A stretch of 45,590 bases of DNA from Macrostomum lignano (taxonomy: Eukaryota), in contig NIVC01004449.1 in assembly GCA_002269645.1 (NCBI GenBank), forward strand, positions 1-45,590. Reading direction: 5' to 3'. The notes beneath the pieces are model-generated. The model searched no databases. It was not told the DNA's origin and saw nothing but the letters and a program-made list of their open reading frames with translations. This document shows positions 1-10,526 of this stretch, piece by piece; position 1 is the stretch's first letter, and every line of letters starts with the position of its first letter. The translations under genes were made by a program, and so were the position numbers.

Positions 1-650
1 AGAAGCGTCATGTAAACAATCACAGAAGCGTCATGAAAAAATCATAGAAGCGTCATGTAAACAATCATAGAAGCGTCATGTAAACAATCATAGAAGCATC
101 ATGTAAAAAAATCATAGTAGCGTCATGTAAACAATCATAGAAGCGTCATGTAAAGAATCATAGAAGCGTCATGTAAAAAAATCATAGATGCGTCATTTAA
201 AAAATCATAGAAGCATCATGTAAACAATCATAGAAGCGTCATTTAAAAAAATCATAGAAGCGTCATATAAAAATCATAGATGCGTCATTTAAAAAATCAT
301 AGAAGCGTCATGTGAAAATCATAAAAGCGTCATGTGAAAATCATAAAAGCGTCACGTAAAGAATCATAGAAGCGTCATGTTAACAATCATAGAAGCGTCA
401 TGTAAACAATCATAGAAGCGTCATGTAAACAATCATAGAAGCGTCATGTAAAAAATCATAGAAGCGTCATGTAAACAATCATAGAAGCGTCATGTAAACA
501 ATCATAGAAGCGTCATGTAAAAAATCATAGAAGCGTCATGTAAACAATCATAGAAGCGTCATGTAAAAAATCATAGAAGCGTCATGTAAAAAATCATAGA
601 AGCGTCATGTAAAAATCGTAGAAGCGTCATTTAAAAATCATAGAAAATCA
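1..650 (+). repeat. 23-bp satellite (AGAAGCGTCATGTAAACAATCAT)n in element A
   Basis: Directly visible tandem array of about 28 units. Confidence 0.95.
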
Positions 651-1489
651 TAAAAATCAAAAATTAAATGCAGCTATAATGCTGTGCTGGGGAGAAAGAC
701 TGAGACGTAAAGGCTCTCAGAGAATAACTGCTGAGATTACGGGGGGGGGGTTTCTGAGATGTCAAAGCAAAAGTCAGAAGCTACTTCAAAGTTCATGTAC
801 TTTACTCAATTTTTTTATTGCATTCTTTGTTGGCTCGCCACGGGAGGCGCTTATAGAAGAAGAGTCATGTAAAAAATAAAAGTAGCACTACGAGCGTATG
901 TACGAGCTATACATAAAATAAAAGTCATGTTCAAGTTAAAAGATTCATTTGGGAATTGCTACGATGTCAAAGCTTGGTGGAAATCGTTATAGTGCTGTGA
1001 TTCTTAAAGAAGGAATCACTAAAATGTCAAGGCTTAGGGGAGAAGAATTGCTGAGATTTCAAGGCTTTAGGTTGGGTTAAAGTTAGGTTTAGGTCAGGTG
1101 TGGGTTGAGGGTTATATTTTATCGGGTTTCAAGGTTAACAGAATAACAGGGATTTTTTAGATTTCAAGGTTTATGGAGGCCATCGCTGACATGTTAAGGC
1201 TTACGGGGGAATAGCTGAGATGTCAAGGCTCACGGGGTATAAATGAGATTTCAAGGCTAAAGTCAGAAGCTACATGTAGTTTATTGAAAACTTTTTATTA
1301 CATTATTTGATGCCTCCTCAGGGGAGGGATCGCTGATAAAAAAAGCGTAATGTAAAAAATAAAAGAAGCTTCATGTCGAAGTTAAGAGATTCATTTGGAA
1401 TCCCTACGATGTCGAGGCTTGCAGGAAATCGCTATAATGCTGTAGTAGTGCTATAGTGACTCTTAGAGAGAATTACTGAAATTTCAATG

Positions 1490-1547
1490 TTAGGTTAGGG
1501 TTAGGGTTAGGGTTAGGGCTAGGGTTAGGGTTAGGGTTAGGCTAGGG
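1490..1547 (+). repeat. Interstitial telomere-like repeat, ~10 units (six perfect TTAGGG plus TTAGG and CTAGGG variants)
   Basis: Directly visible. Confidence 0.9.
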
Positions 1548-2041
1548 TTAGAAGGTTGACAGATATTTTTAGATTTCCAAGGCTTATTGGGGGCATTGCT
1601 GAGATGTCAAGGGGGGAAGTTGATATGTCAAAGCTTGTGGGGGGGGAATTACTGACATGTCAAGGCTTACAAGGTTTGACAGGAGATTTTTTAAGATTTC
1701 AAGGATACATGTAGCTTATTAAAAAAACGTGTATTGCATTTATTTGGCTCCCCAACGGGGGGCGTAGATTGCTAGTTCGACCTAAAATTCATTGTAAGAA
1801 TGCTAGAGAAAAAACTGACTGGCTGAATTCCGATTGTGATAAAGATTGCATCACAGCAAGTTGAAAACAGTGCCGAAGAAATGCACACACGACTTGAATG
1901 AAATTGCGTAACCAATATTGCTAACTCAAATTGAGACTGATACTGGCTGACTGAGAAATTGATTATGTCATAACTGTTTACTCCAATTGACTTGCTGTAA
2001 GAATTGAATTATAAGGGCCACAATTCATGTTCTCCAAATGA

Positions 2042-2112
2042 AAAGAGATAGCCCAGATGCGAACAGACTGGGATGCTAAAGTAGCGACCTGGGTTCGAAT
2101 CTTAGTAGTGCA
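2042..2112 (+). pseudogene. tRNA-derived module inside Helitron B
   Basis: TAGCCCAG A-box-like motif, T-arm CTGGG-TTCGAAT-CTTAG, T7 run at 2119-2125; no acceptor stem. Confidence 0.55.
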
Positions 2113-2169
2113 AAAAGATTTTTTTATCAAAACACCTTAAAAACACAAAACTGCTAAACATAATAGAAG

Positions 2170-3575
2170 CGGAATGTCAAACATAGAAGAGCCACCATGT
2201 CAAACATAAAAGAGCCACCATGCCAAACATAAAATAAGCACTATGTCAAACATATACGTGACTCCATGTCAACGATTAAAAAGCCACCATGTCAAACATA
2301 GAAGAGCCACTATGTCAAAACTAAACGAGCCACCACGTCTAACATTTAAGAGCCACCATGTCAAATATTTAAGAGCCACCATGTCAAACATATATGTGAC
2401 TTTATGTCAAACATTTAAGTGTCACCATATCAAACATCAAATAGCCACTTTGTCGAACATTAAAGAGCCACCGTGTCAAACATAAAAGAGCCACCATGTT
2501 AAACATAGAAGAGCCACCATGTCAAACATAAAATAGCCACCATGTCAGACATTAAAAAGCCACCGTATCAAACATAAAAGAGCCACCATGTAGAATATTA
2601 AAGAGCCACCATAAAGAACATTAAAGAGCCACCGTGTCAAACATTTGGGAGCCACCATGTCAGACATTAAAAAGCCACCATGTCGAACATAAAAGAGTTA
2701 CCATGTAGAACATTAAAGAGCCACCATTTCAAACAGTAAAGAGCCACCATGTCAAACATTTAGGAGCCACCATGTCAAACATTTAAGAGCCACCATCTCA
2801 AACATATATGTGACTTTATGTCAAACTTTCAAGAGCCACCATTTCGAACATTAAATAGCCACTTTGTCAAACATTAGAGAGCCGCCATGTCAAACATAAA
2901 AGAGTCACCAGGTTAAACATAAAAGAGCCACCAGGTTAAACATTAAAGAGCCACCATGTCAAACAATAAAGAGCCACCATGTCAAACATAAAAGAGCTAC
3001 CATGTTAAACATTTAAGAGCTACCATGTCAAACATTTAAGAGCTACCATGTCAAACATTAAAGAGCCACTATGTCAAAACATGATAGTGCCATCATGTCA
3101 AACCTAAAAGAGCCACCATGTCAAACATAAGGAGCCACCAGGTTAAACATTAAAGAGCCACCATGTCAAACAATAAAGAGCCACCATGTAAAACATAAAA
3201 GAGCCACCATGTCAGACAATAAAAGCCACCGTGTCAAACATAAAAGAGCCACCAGGTTAAACATTAAAGAGCCACCATGTCAAACAATAAAGAGCCACCA
3301 TGTTGAACATAAAAGAGCTACCATGTCAAACATTTAAGAGCTACCATGTCAAACATTTAAGAGCTACCATGTCAAACATTAAAGAGCCACTATGTCAAAA
3401 CATAATAGTGCCATCATGTCAAACCTAAAAGAGCCACCATGTCAAACATAAAAGAGCCACCATTTCGAACAGTAAAGAGCCACCATGTCAAGTATAAAAG
3501 AGCCACCATGTCAACATAAAAGAGCCACCATGTCAAACATTAAAGAGCCACCATGCCAAACATAAAAGATACACA
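2170..3575 (+). repeat. 23-bp satellite (AAAGAGCCACCATGTCAAACATT)n in element B
   Basis: Directly visible tandem array. Confidence 0.95.
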
Positions 3576-3654
3576 ATTTCAAACGTAATAGTAAGCGAAT
3601 TTTAAAGGAGCCACTATAATGCTAAGGAAATTGTCGCACTAGCTACTTATTGTC

Positions 3655-3857
3655 TGGTGGATGCTTGCTATTTGGGGGATGCTATCTATCTGGGGATGCT
3701 TGCTATCTGGGGGATGCTTGCTATCTGGGGGATGCTTGCTATCTGGGGGATGCTTGCTATCTGGGGGATGCTTGCTATCTGGGGGATGCTTGCTATCTGG
3801 GGGATGCTTGCTATCTGGGGGATGCTTGCTATCTGGGGGATGCTTGCTATCTGGGGG
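3655..3857 (+). repeat. 18-bp satellite (GGGGATGCTTGCTATCTG)n in element B
   Basis: About 11 near-identical units. Confidence 0.95.
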
Positions 3858-4570
3858 TTTTATAAACTAAATAAATAAAATAACTTTTATCAAACACGTT
3901 GACATATACAGGGCTCTAAACTAAAAAACTGTAAAAAGTTGATAGTTTTGTTTTACCTAAAATGCGTTATTAACGATCTCCAAAAATTCCTATTTTAAGC
4001 TTAAGCTTAAGAAAAACACTTAAAGTACTCCTGCTAAAAGGTATATTATATTAGACGAATATTAATTATTTCTGCTCCTCGAAGGGGGGCAAAACTTTAG
4101 CTAGTCCTATATACTAAAAATGAGTTGTCTGTGGGTAGGTAGGTAGGTATGCGATAGATTTCAGAAAAAATGGCTCAATCGATTTTCTTCAAACTTGCAC
4201 CATTCGATCAGAAATTTTCCTGGGACGGTACATGCATCTTGGCTAAGAAATTGCTCAATTTTAAAGGGATTAAATATTCGAAAAACATGCTTTTTTGCAA
4301 AGGTCAAGCAGCTCTTTCGACCTGAAATGCATTGTAAGAATGCTAGAGAAAAAACTGACTGACTGAATTCCAATTGTGATAAAGATTACATCACAACCAG
4401 TTGAAAACAGTGCCGAACAAATGCACACAAAACTTGATTTAAATTGTGTAACAATATTGCTAACTTAAATTGACACTGATACTGGCTGACTGATAAAATT
4501 GATTATGTCATAACTTTTTACTCTAACCGATTTGCTATAAAAATTAAATTATAAGGGCCACAATTCAAGA

Positions 4571-4641
4571 CAAGAGATAGCATAGATGCGAACAGACTGG
4601 ACTGCTAATGCTACGACCTGGGTTCGAATCTTAGTAGTGCA
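4571..4641 (+). pseudogene. tRNA-Ser(GCT)-like module inside Helitron C
   Basis: CTGGA-CTGCTAA anticodon arm and GGTTCGAATC B-box (4621-4630) at canonical tRNA spacing, followed by a T7 run. Confidence 0.6.
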
Positions 4642-4699
4642 AAAAGATTTTTTTATTCAAAAATCTTAAAAACACAAAATGCTAAACACAAAAAAGCAC

Positions 4700-7600
4700 A
4701 ATGTCAAACATTAAAGAGCCACCATGTCAAACATTAAAGAGCCACCATGTCGACCATTAAAGAGCCACCATGTCGACCATTAAAGAGCCACCATGTCGAA
4801 CATTAAAGAGCTACCATGTCGAACATTAAAGAGCCACCATGTCAACCATTAAAGAGCCACCATGTCGAACATTAAAGAGCCACCACGTCCAACATATACA
4901 TGACTCCATGTTGAACATTCAAGAGCTACCATGTCAAACATATACATGACGCCATGTCGAACATAAAAGAGCCACCATGTCGAACATTAAAAAGCCACCA
5001 TGTCAAACATTAAAGAGCCACCATTTCAACCCTAAAAGAGCCACCATGTCGAACATTAAAGAGCCACCATGTCAAACATTAAAGAGCAACCAGGTCAAAC
5101 ATATACATGACTCCATGTCGAACATTGAAGAGCCACCATGTCGAACATTAAAGGGCCACCATGTCAAATATTAAAGGGCCACCATGTCAAATATTAAAGA
5201 GCCACCATGTCAAACATTAAAGAGCCACCAGGTCAAACATGAAAGTGCCACCATGTCTAACATTAAAGAGCCACCATGGCAGACATATACATGACTCTAT
5301 GTCGAACATTCAAGAGCTACCATGTCAAACATATACATGACTCCATGTCAAACATTAAAGAGACACTATGTCAAACATTAAAGAGCCACCAGGTCAAACA
5401 TGAAAGTGCCACCATGTAACACATTAAAGAGCCACCATGTCGAACATTTAAGAACCACCATGTCAAACATAAAATAGCCACCATGTGAAACATATACGTG
5501 ACTTCATGTAAAACATTAAAGAGCTACCATATCAGACATATACATGACTCCATGTCAAACATATACTCGTACGTGACTCCATGTTAGACATTAAAGAGCC
5601 ACCATGTCGAACATTAAAGAGCCAACATGTTAAAAATACAAGAGCCACCATGTCAAACATATACATGACTCCATGTCAAACATTGAAGAGACACCATGTC
5701 GAACATAAAAGAGCCACCATGCAAAACATTAAAGAGACACTATGTCTAACATTAAAGAGCCACCATGTCGAACATTTAAGAGCCACCATGTCAAACATAT
5801 ACATGACTCCATGTTGAACATTCAAGAGCTACCATGTCAAACATATGCATGACTCCATGTTGAACATTCAAGAGCTACCATGTCAAACATATACATGACG
5901 CCATGTCGAACATAAAAGAGCCACCATGTAAAACATATACGTGACTCCATGTCAAACATTGAAGAGCCACCATGTCGAACATAAAAGGGCCACCATGTCA
6001 AATATTAAAGAGCCACCATGTCAAACATTAAAGAGCCACCAGGTCAAACATGAAAGTGCCACCATGTAAAACATTAAAGAGCCACCATGTCGAACATTTA
6101 AGAACCACCATGTCAAACATAAAATACCCAACATGTGAAACATATACGTGACTCCATGTAAAACATTAAAGAGCTACCATATCAGGCATATGCATGACTC
6201 CATGTCAAACATATACGTGACTCCATGTTAGACAATTAAGAGCCACCATTTCGAAAATTAAAGAGTCAACATGTTAAAAATACAAGAGCATCCATGTCAA
6301 ACATATACATGACGCCATGTCAAACATTGAAGAGACACCATGTCGAACATAAAAGAGCCACCATGCAAAACATAAAAGAGCCACCATGTCTAACATTAAA
6401 GAACCACCATGTCAAACATATACATGACTCCATGTCAAACAGTAAAGAGACACTATGTCAAACATTAAAGAGCCACCATGTCGAACATTTAAGAGCCACC
6501 ATGTCAAACATATACATGACTCCATGTTGAACATTCAAGAGCTACCATGTCAAACATATACATGACGCCATGTCGAACATTAAAGAGCCACCATGTCAAA
6601 CATTATAGAGCCACTATGTCGAACATTTAAGAGCCACCATGTCAAACATATACATGACTCCATGTTGAACATTAAAGAGCCACCATGTCGAACATTTAAG
6701 AGCTACCATGTGAAACATATACATGACTCCATGTCGAACATTACAGAGCCACCATGTCAAAGATAAAAGAGCCACCATGTCAAACATAAAAGAGCCAACA
6801 TGTCAAATATTAAAGAGCCACCAGGTCAAACATGAAAGTGCCACCATGTAAAACATTAAAGAGCCACCATGTCAAACATATACGTAACTCCATGTCAAAC
6901 ATTGAAGAGACCCCATGTCAAACATTAAAGAGCCACCATGTCGAACATAAAAGAGTCACCATGTAAAACATATACGTAACTCCATGTCGAACATTGAAGC
7001 GACACCATGTCGAACATAAAAGAGCCACCATGTCAAACATTAAAGAGCCACCATGTCAAACATATAAGTGACTTTATGTCGAACATTAAAGAGCCACCAT
7101 GTCTAACATTAAAGGCCACCATGTCCAACATTAAAGAGCCACCATGTCAAAAAGTAAAGAGCCCCCATGTCTAACATTTAAGAGCCATCATGTCAAACAT
7201 TAAAGAGCTACTTTGTCTAACATTAAAGAGCCACCATGTCAAACATTAAAGAGCCACCATGTCAAACATTAAAGAGCCACCATGTCAAACATAAAAGAGC
7301 CAACTTTTTGAACATTAAAGAGCCACCATGTCAAACATAATAGAGCCACCATGTCAAACATAATAGAGCCACCATGTCAAACATTAAAAAGCCACTTTGT
7401 CAAACATAGAAGAGCTCCCATGTCAAACATAGAAGAGCCCCCATGTCAAACATAGAAGAGCCACCATGTCAGACATTGAAAAGCCACCGTATCAAACATA
7501 AAAGAGTTACCATGTACGAGCGTAGAACAAAAAAGAGCCACAATGTATAACATAAAAGAGCCACAATGTATAACATAAAAGAGCCACCCTGTTAAACATA
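4700..7600 (+). repeat. 23-bp satellite in element C (~125 units, with higher-order sub-blocks)
   Basis: Same unit as in element B, with CATATACATGACTCC variants. Confidence 0.95.
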
Positions 7601-7689
7601 AAAGATACACAATTTCAAACGTAAAAGTAAGCGAATTTTAAAGGAGCCGCTATAATGCTAAGGAAATTGTCGCACTAGCTACTTATTGT

Positions 7690-8110
7690 CTGGTGGATGC
7701 TTGCTATCTTGGGGATGCTTGCTATCTGGGGGATGCTTGCTATCTGGGGGATGCTTGCTATCTGGGGGATGCTTGCTATCTGAGGGATGCTTGCTATCTG
7801 GGGGATGCTTGCTATCTGGGGGATGCTTGCTATCTGAGGGATGCTTGCTATCTGGGGGATGCTTGCTCTCTGGGGAATGCTTGCTATCCGGGGGATGCTT
7901 GCTATCTGGGGGATGCTTGAAATCTGGGGGATGCTTGCTATCTGAGGGATGCTTGCTATCTGGGGGATGCTTGCTATCTGGGGGACGCTTGCTATCTGGG
8001 GGATGCTTGCTATCTTGGGGATGCTTGCTATCTGGGGATGCTTGCTATCTTGGGGATGCTTGCTATCTGGGGGATGCTTGCTATCTGGGGGATGCTTGCG
8101 GTCTTGGGAT
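7690..8110 (+). repeat. 18-bp satellite in element C
   Basis: About 23 units. Confidence 0.95.
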
Positions 8111-8358
8111 GATTTCTTTTTGCAATGCACTTCATTTGAGCAGTTTGTCTGTTGTCTTTTTGAAGGATTTTTGGCTGTTTTTTTGTTACTTGTAGAGAAC
8201 AGAGATTCTATCCAGATGTCCCCCATCGGGGGGCGAAGATTGCTAGTAGAATCTGAGATCACATCTTCTTGCACTTTAATATTTTTGCTTCAAAATTCGG
8301 CTTTCCAAGCCACCGAACGGCTGAAACCTTCAGGCATCACTGTTTCATCAGCGACAGC

Positions 8359-8601
8359 ATGGACAAGTCAAACAACGACAATAAGTCCAACCAGTGCAAC
8401 CCCAACAATGAGCGCTATCAGGGCCACCAGCCCGGCTACCAGGGCACCGGCACCAAGGCGGATCTGGATAACCATGCCAACCAGCTGAACCCCAACAACT
8501 GGCGCTACCAGCAGGGCGGAGGCCCCAGTGGCGGTGGAGGCGGCAGCGGCAGCGGTGCCGCTGAGCAAGAGCAGCAGAAGTCTTGGTGCACCTTGCAGTG
8601 A
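8359..8601 (+). CDS. NQ[CL]NPNN double-repeat microprotein, paralog 1 (80 aa, ends in CaaX-like SWCTLQ)
   Basis: ATG at 8359 in frame with ORF 8269-8601; GC-rich codon usage like the other exons; 45-aa core shared with two other ORFs, with several synonymous differences. Confidence 0.8.
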   Translation: MDKSNNDNKSNQCNPNNERYQGHQPGYQGTGTKADLDNHANQLNPNNWRYQQGGGPSGGGGGSGSGAAEQEQQKSWCTLQ

Positions 8602-9354
8602 AGTCGGTGACAAAGACTGCCCCAGCCAGCATGCAGAAGATTGCCAAAAGATTAACAAAGACAGCAGTCTGTGTTGGTTTCACATTTGACTATTTAAAAT
8701 ACAAGATTAGCAAGTTGGATCTTAAAAATTTTTCTCATGTTCAAACTCGAAGGTCGCTTTGAAAATGCAGCATGAACTCGGCTTCTCCCTGCATGTCTTT
8801 TGTGTATTTTTGTTTGTCGAATTTTTTCAACTCAGTTTGGCCTAAGATGAAACTCATCCTAAGCACCCCAGTGCGCTCTTGTGCCTCTCCTGAGCAGGCA
8901 GCTGCAAGGTACCGTTAGACCGGCGCGGTGCGCGCTTAAACCAATGCGCTCCTATGATAGCGCGCGATTCGGAGTTGGCGTCCAATCCAAGTCGCGCGAG
9001 AATTTCTGTCAGAACTCCAAGGACTACTTAAAAGTATCGATTATTTTTCAGACAGTAGTCCCCGCCACGCCCTTGCCAGCGCAAGCGCTCTCAGTCCAGT
9101 CCTGATTCTAATCTCTGCAATAAACAGACTTGAAGTTCGGGTGGAGCCAGGGTAAAGTTGTTGCTCAAACTAAATGTACTTTTTGATTGAATTTCCTGGA
9201 AATGAGTTCTCAAGTTTCCAAGAAATTTCTGTCAGGCAGGCAGGTATTTCGAAAGCAAAAACACCGTGTTTTTCTTCTCTCACGTGCTCCGCACCTGGGG
9301 TGTACTTTTAAGCCAGAGTTTCTGACTCCTTCCACCGTCACGCACATTTCAGGC

Positions 9355-9401
9355 TATAAATAGTAAATACAAATCCCGAGGAGCCGCTCAGACCCGTGAG
9401 T
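9355..9401 (+). promoter_or_regulatory. Candidate TATA box (TATAAATAG 9355-9363), Inr-like TCAG (9388-9391) and 5' splice donor GTGAGT (9396) for microprotein paralog 2; putative UTR intron 9396-10026
   Basis: Motif spacing only; candidate acceptor CCCCAG at 10021-10026, 10 nt before the ATG. Confidence 0.4.
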
Positions 9402-9496
9402 TTCTTCATCGAGTTCCAAAGCTTCGAGAAGAATTTTTTGCTTTTCTAAGAATTCTCAGCTTTTGAAAAAAACGGTAAGTTTTTTTACAAGAACGG

Positions 9497-9928
9497 CACC
9501 ATTCTCTCTGTGTGGCGCCATTCTCTCTGTGTGGCGCCATTCTCTCTGTGTGGCGCCATTCTCTGTGTGGCGCCATTCTCTCTGTGTGGCGCCATTCTCT
9601 CTGTGTGGCGCCATTCTCTCTGTGTGGCGCCATTCTCTCTGTGTGGCGCCATTCTCTCTGTGTGGCGCCATTCTCTCTGTGTGGCGCCATTCTCTCTGTG
9701 TGGCGCCATTCTCTCTGTGTGGCGCCATTCTCTCTGTGTGGCGCCATTCTCTCTGTGTGGCGCCATTCTCTCTGTGTGGCGCCATTCTCTCTGTGTGGCG
9801 CCATTCTCTCTGTGTGGCGCCATTCTCTCTGTGTGGCGCCATTCTCTGTGTGGCGCCATTCTCTCTGTGTGGCGCCATTCTCTCTGTGTGGCGCCATTCT
9901 TCCTGTATGGCGCCATTCTCTCTGTGGC
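9497..9928. repeat. 19-bp minisatellite (GGCGCCATTCTCTCTGTGT)n
   Basis: About 22 near-identical units. Confidence 0.95.
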
Positions 9929-10036
9929 ACAATTTCAGTTCCCTACGAGTATAGCTCAGACTTGAGCTCTTACTAAAGCCATGGATTGACTTAGGACTGC
10001 ATCCGCACCTCACCGCGCACCCCCAGAGCAGCGGCC

Positions 10037-10246
10037 ATGGACAAATCCGGCAGGGACAACAAGTCCAACCAGTGCAACCCCAACAACTCCAGCTACCAGG
10101 GCCACCAGAGCGGCTATGGCGGCACCGGGACCAAGGCCGACCTGAGTAACCATGGCAACCAGCTGAACCCCAACAACTCGCGCTACCAGGGCGGAGGCGG
10201 CGGCCAGGGCCGGTCGGGGGACATTCGAAGAAATGAGCGGTTTTGA
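10037..10246 (+). CDS. NQ[CL]NPNN double-repeat microprotein, paralog 2 (69 aa)
   Basis: DNKSNQCNPNNSSYQGHQSGYGGTGTKADLSNHGNQLNPNNSRY core; GCGGCCATGG start context. Confidence 0.8.
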   Translation: MDKSGRDNKSNQCNPNNSSYQGHQSGYGGTGTKADLSNHGNQLNPNNSRYQGGGGGQGRSGDIRRNERF

Positions 10247-10526
10247 GAGGCGAAAGTCACGGAGCAGAGCTGACAGTTACAGAAATACTGATTGAGCTCT
10301 CGTAGAATAACCTGATGCCTCTGTGGCTGTTTACCATCAACTTTGTACTTTTGAGGACGCATGATTTGAGCAATAATTACAAAAAATATAATCACAAGAT
10401 TTTTTTGCGAATCAGCTACTTTTAGTAGTGCAATAATAACACAGCATTAAATTGAGCATCTTTTCAGTTTTTGTTAAAATTGAGTTCCACTGCGGACAAG
10501 CTTCAAGCCCTGCCACTGTGCCCCGG

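Larger units (their letters stand above)
1..1775 (+). mobile_element. Non-autonomous Helitron-like element A (3' part; the 5' end lies outside the window)
   Basis: Hairpin GCTCCCC-AAC-GGGGGGC (1747-1763), then GTAGATTGCTAG ending at 1775 followed by T; terminus nearly identical to elements C and D. Older hairpin-bearing copies of the same 3' block at ~830-850 and ~1310-1330. Confidence 0.7.
1776..4104 (+). mobile_element. Non-autonomous Helitron-like element B (5'-truncated or interrupted; different 3' end)
   Basis: Begins at the position equivalent to nt 4316 of element C and shares the conserved block, tRNA-like module, 23-bp satellite, linker and 18-bp satellite. Ends with hairpin GCTCCTC-GAA-GGGGGGC (4074-4090) and CTAG at 4101-4104. 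Confidence 0.72.
4105..8246 (+). mobile_element. Non-autonomous Helitron-like element C (complete, 4142 bp)
   Basis: 5' TCCTATATACTAAAAATGAG plus (GGTA)n microsatellite; 3' hairpin GTCCCCC-ATC-GGGGGGC (8218-8234), then GAAGATTGCTAG|T. No Rep/helicase ORF. Confidence 0.82.

Noticed and set aside
2042-2112. Functional tRNA gene
   Set aside because: The acceptor stem and D-stem do not pair; kept only as a tRNA-derived remnant.
1-7600. Satellites as Forkhead (GTAAACA) or TALE (TGTCA) motif sinks
   Set aside because: Short motifs occur by chance in any unit; not testable from sequence alone.
2243-8274. ORFs such as MSNIKEPPCQTLKSHH..., GDACYL and IASIPQ repeats
   Set aside because: Translations of the 23-bp and 18-bp satellites; open in several frames and on both strands.
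8269-8358. N-terminal extension MHFNIFASK... of microprotein 1
   Set aside because: Non-ATG start chosen by the ORF finder, AT-rich, and absent from the paralogs; the ATG at 8359 aligns with the other copies.
9406-10013. Six overlapping 143-185 aa ORFs
   Set aside because: The 19-bp unit has no stop in any frame; this is an artefact.
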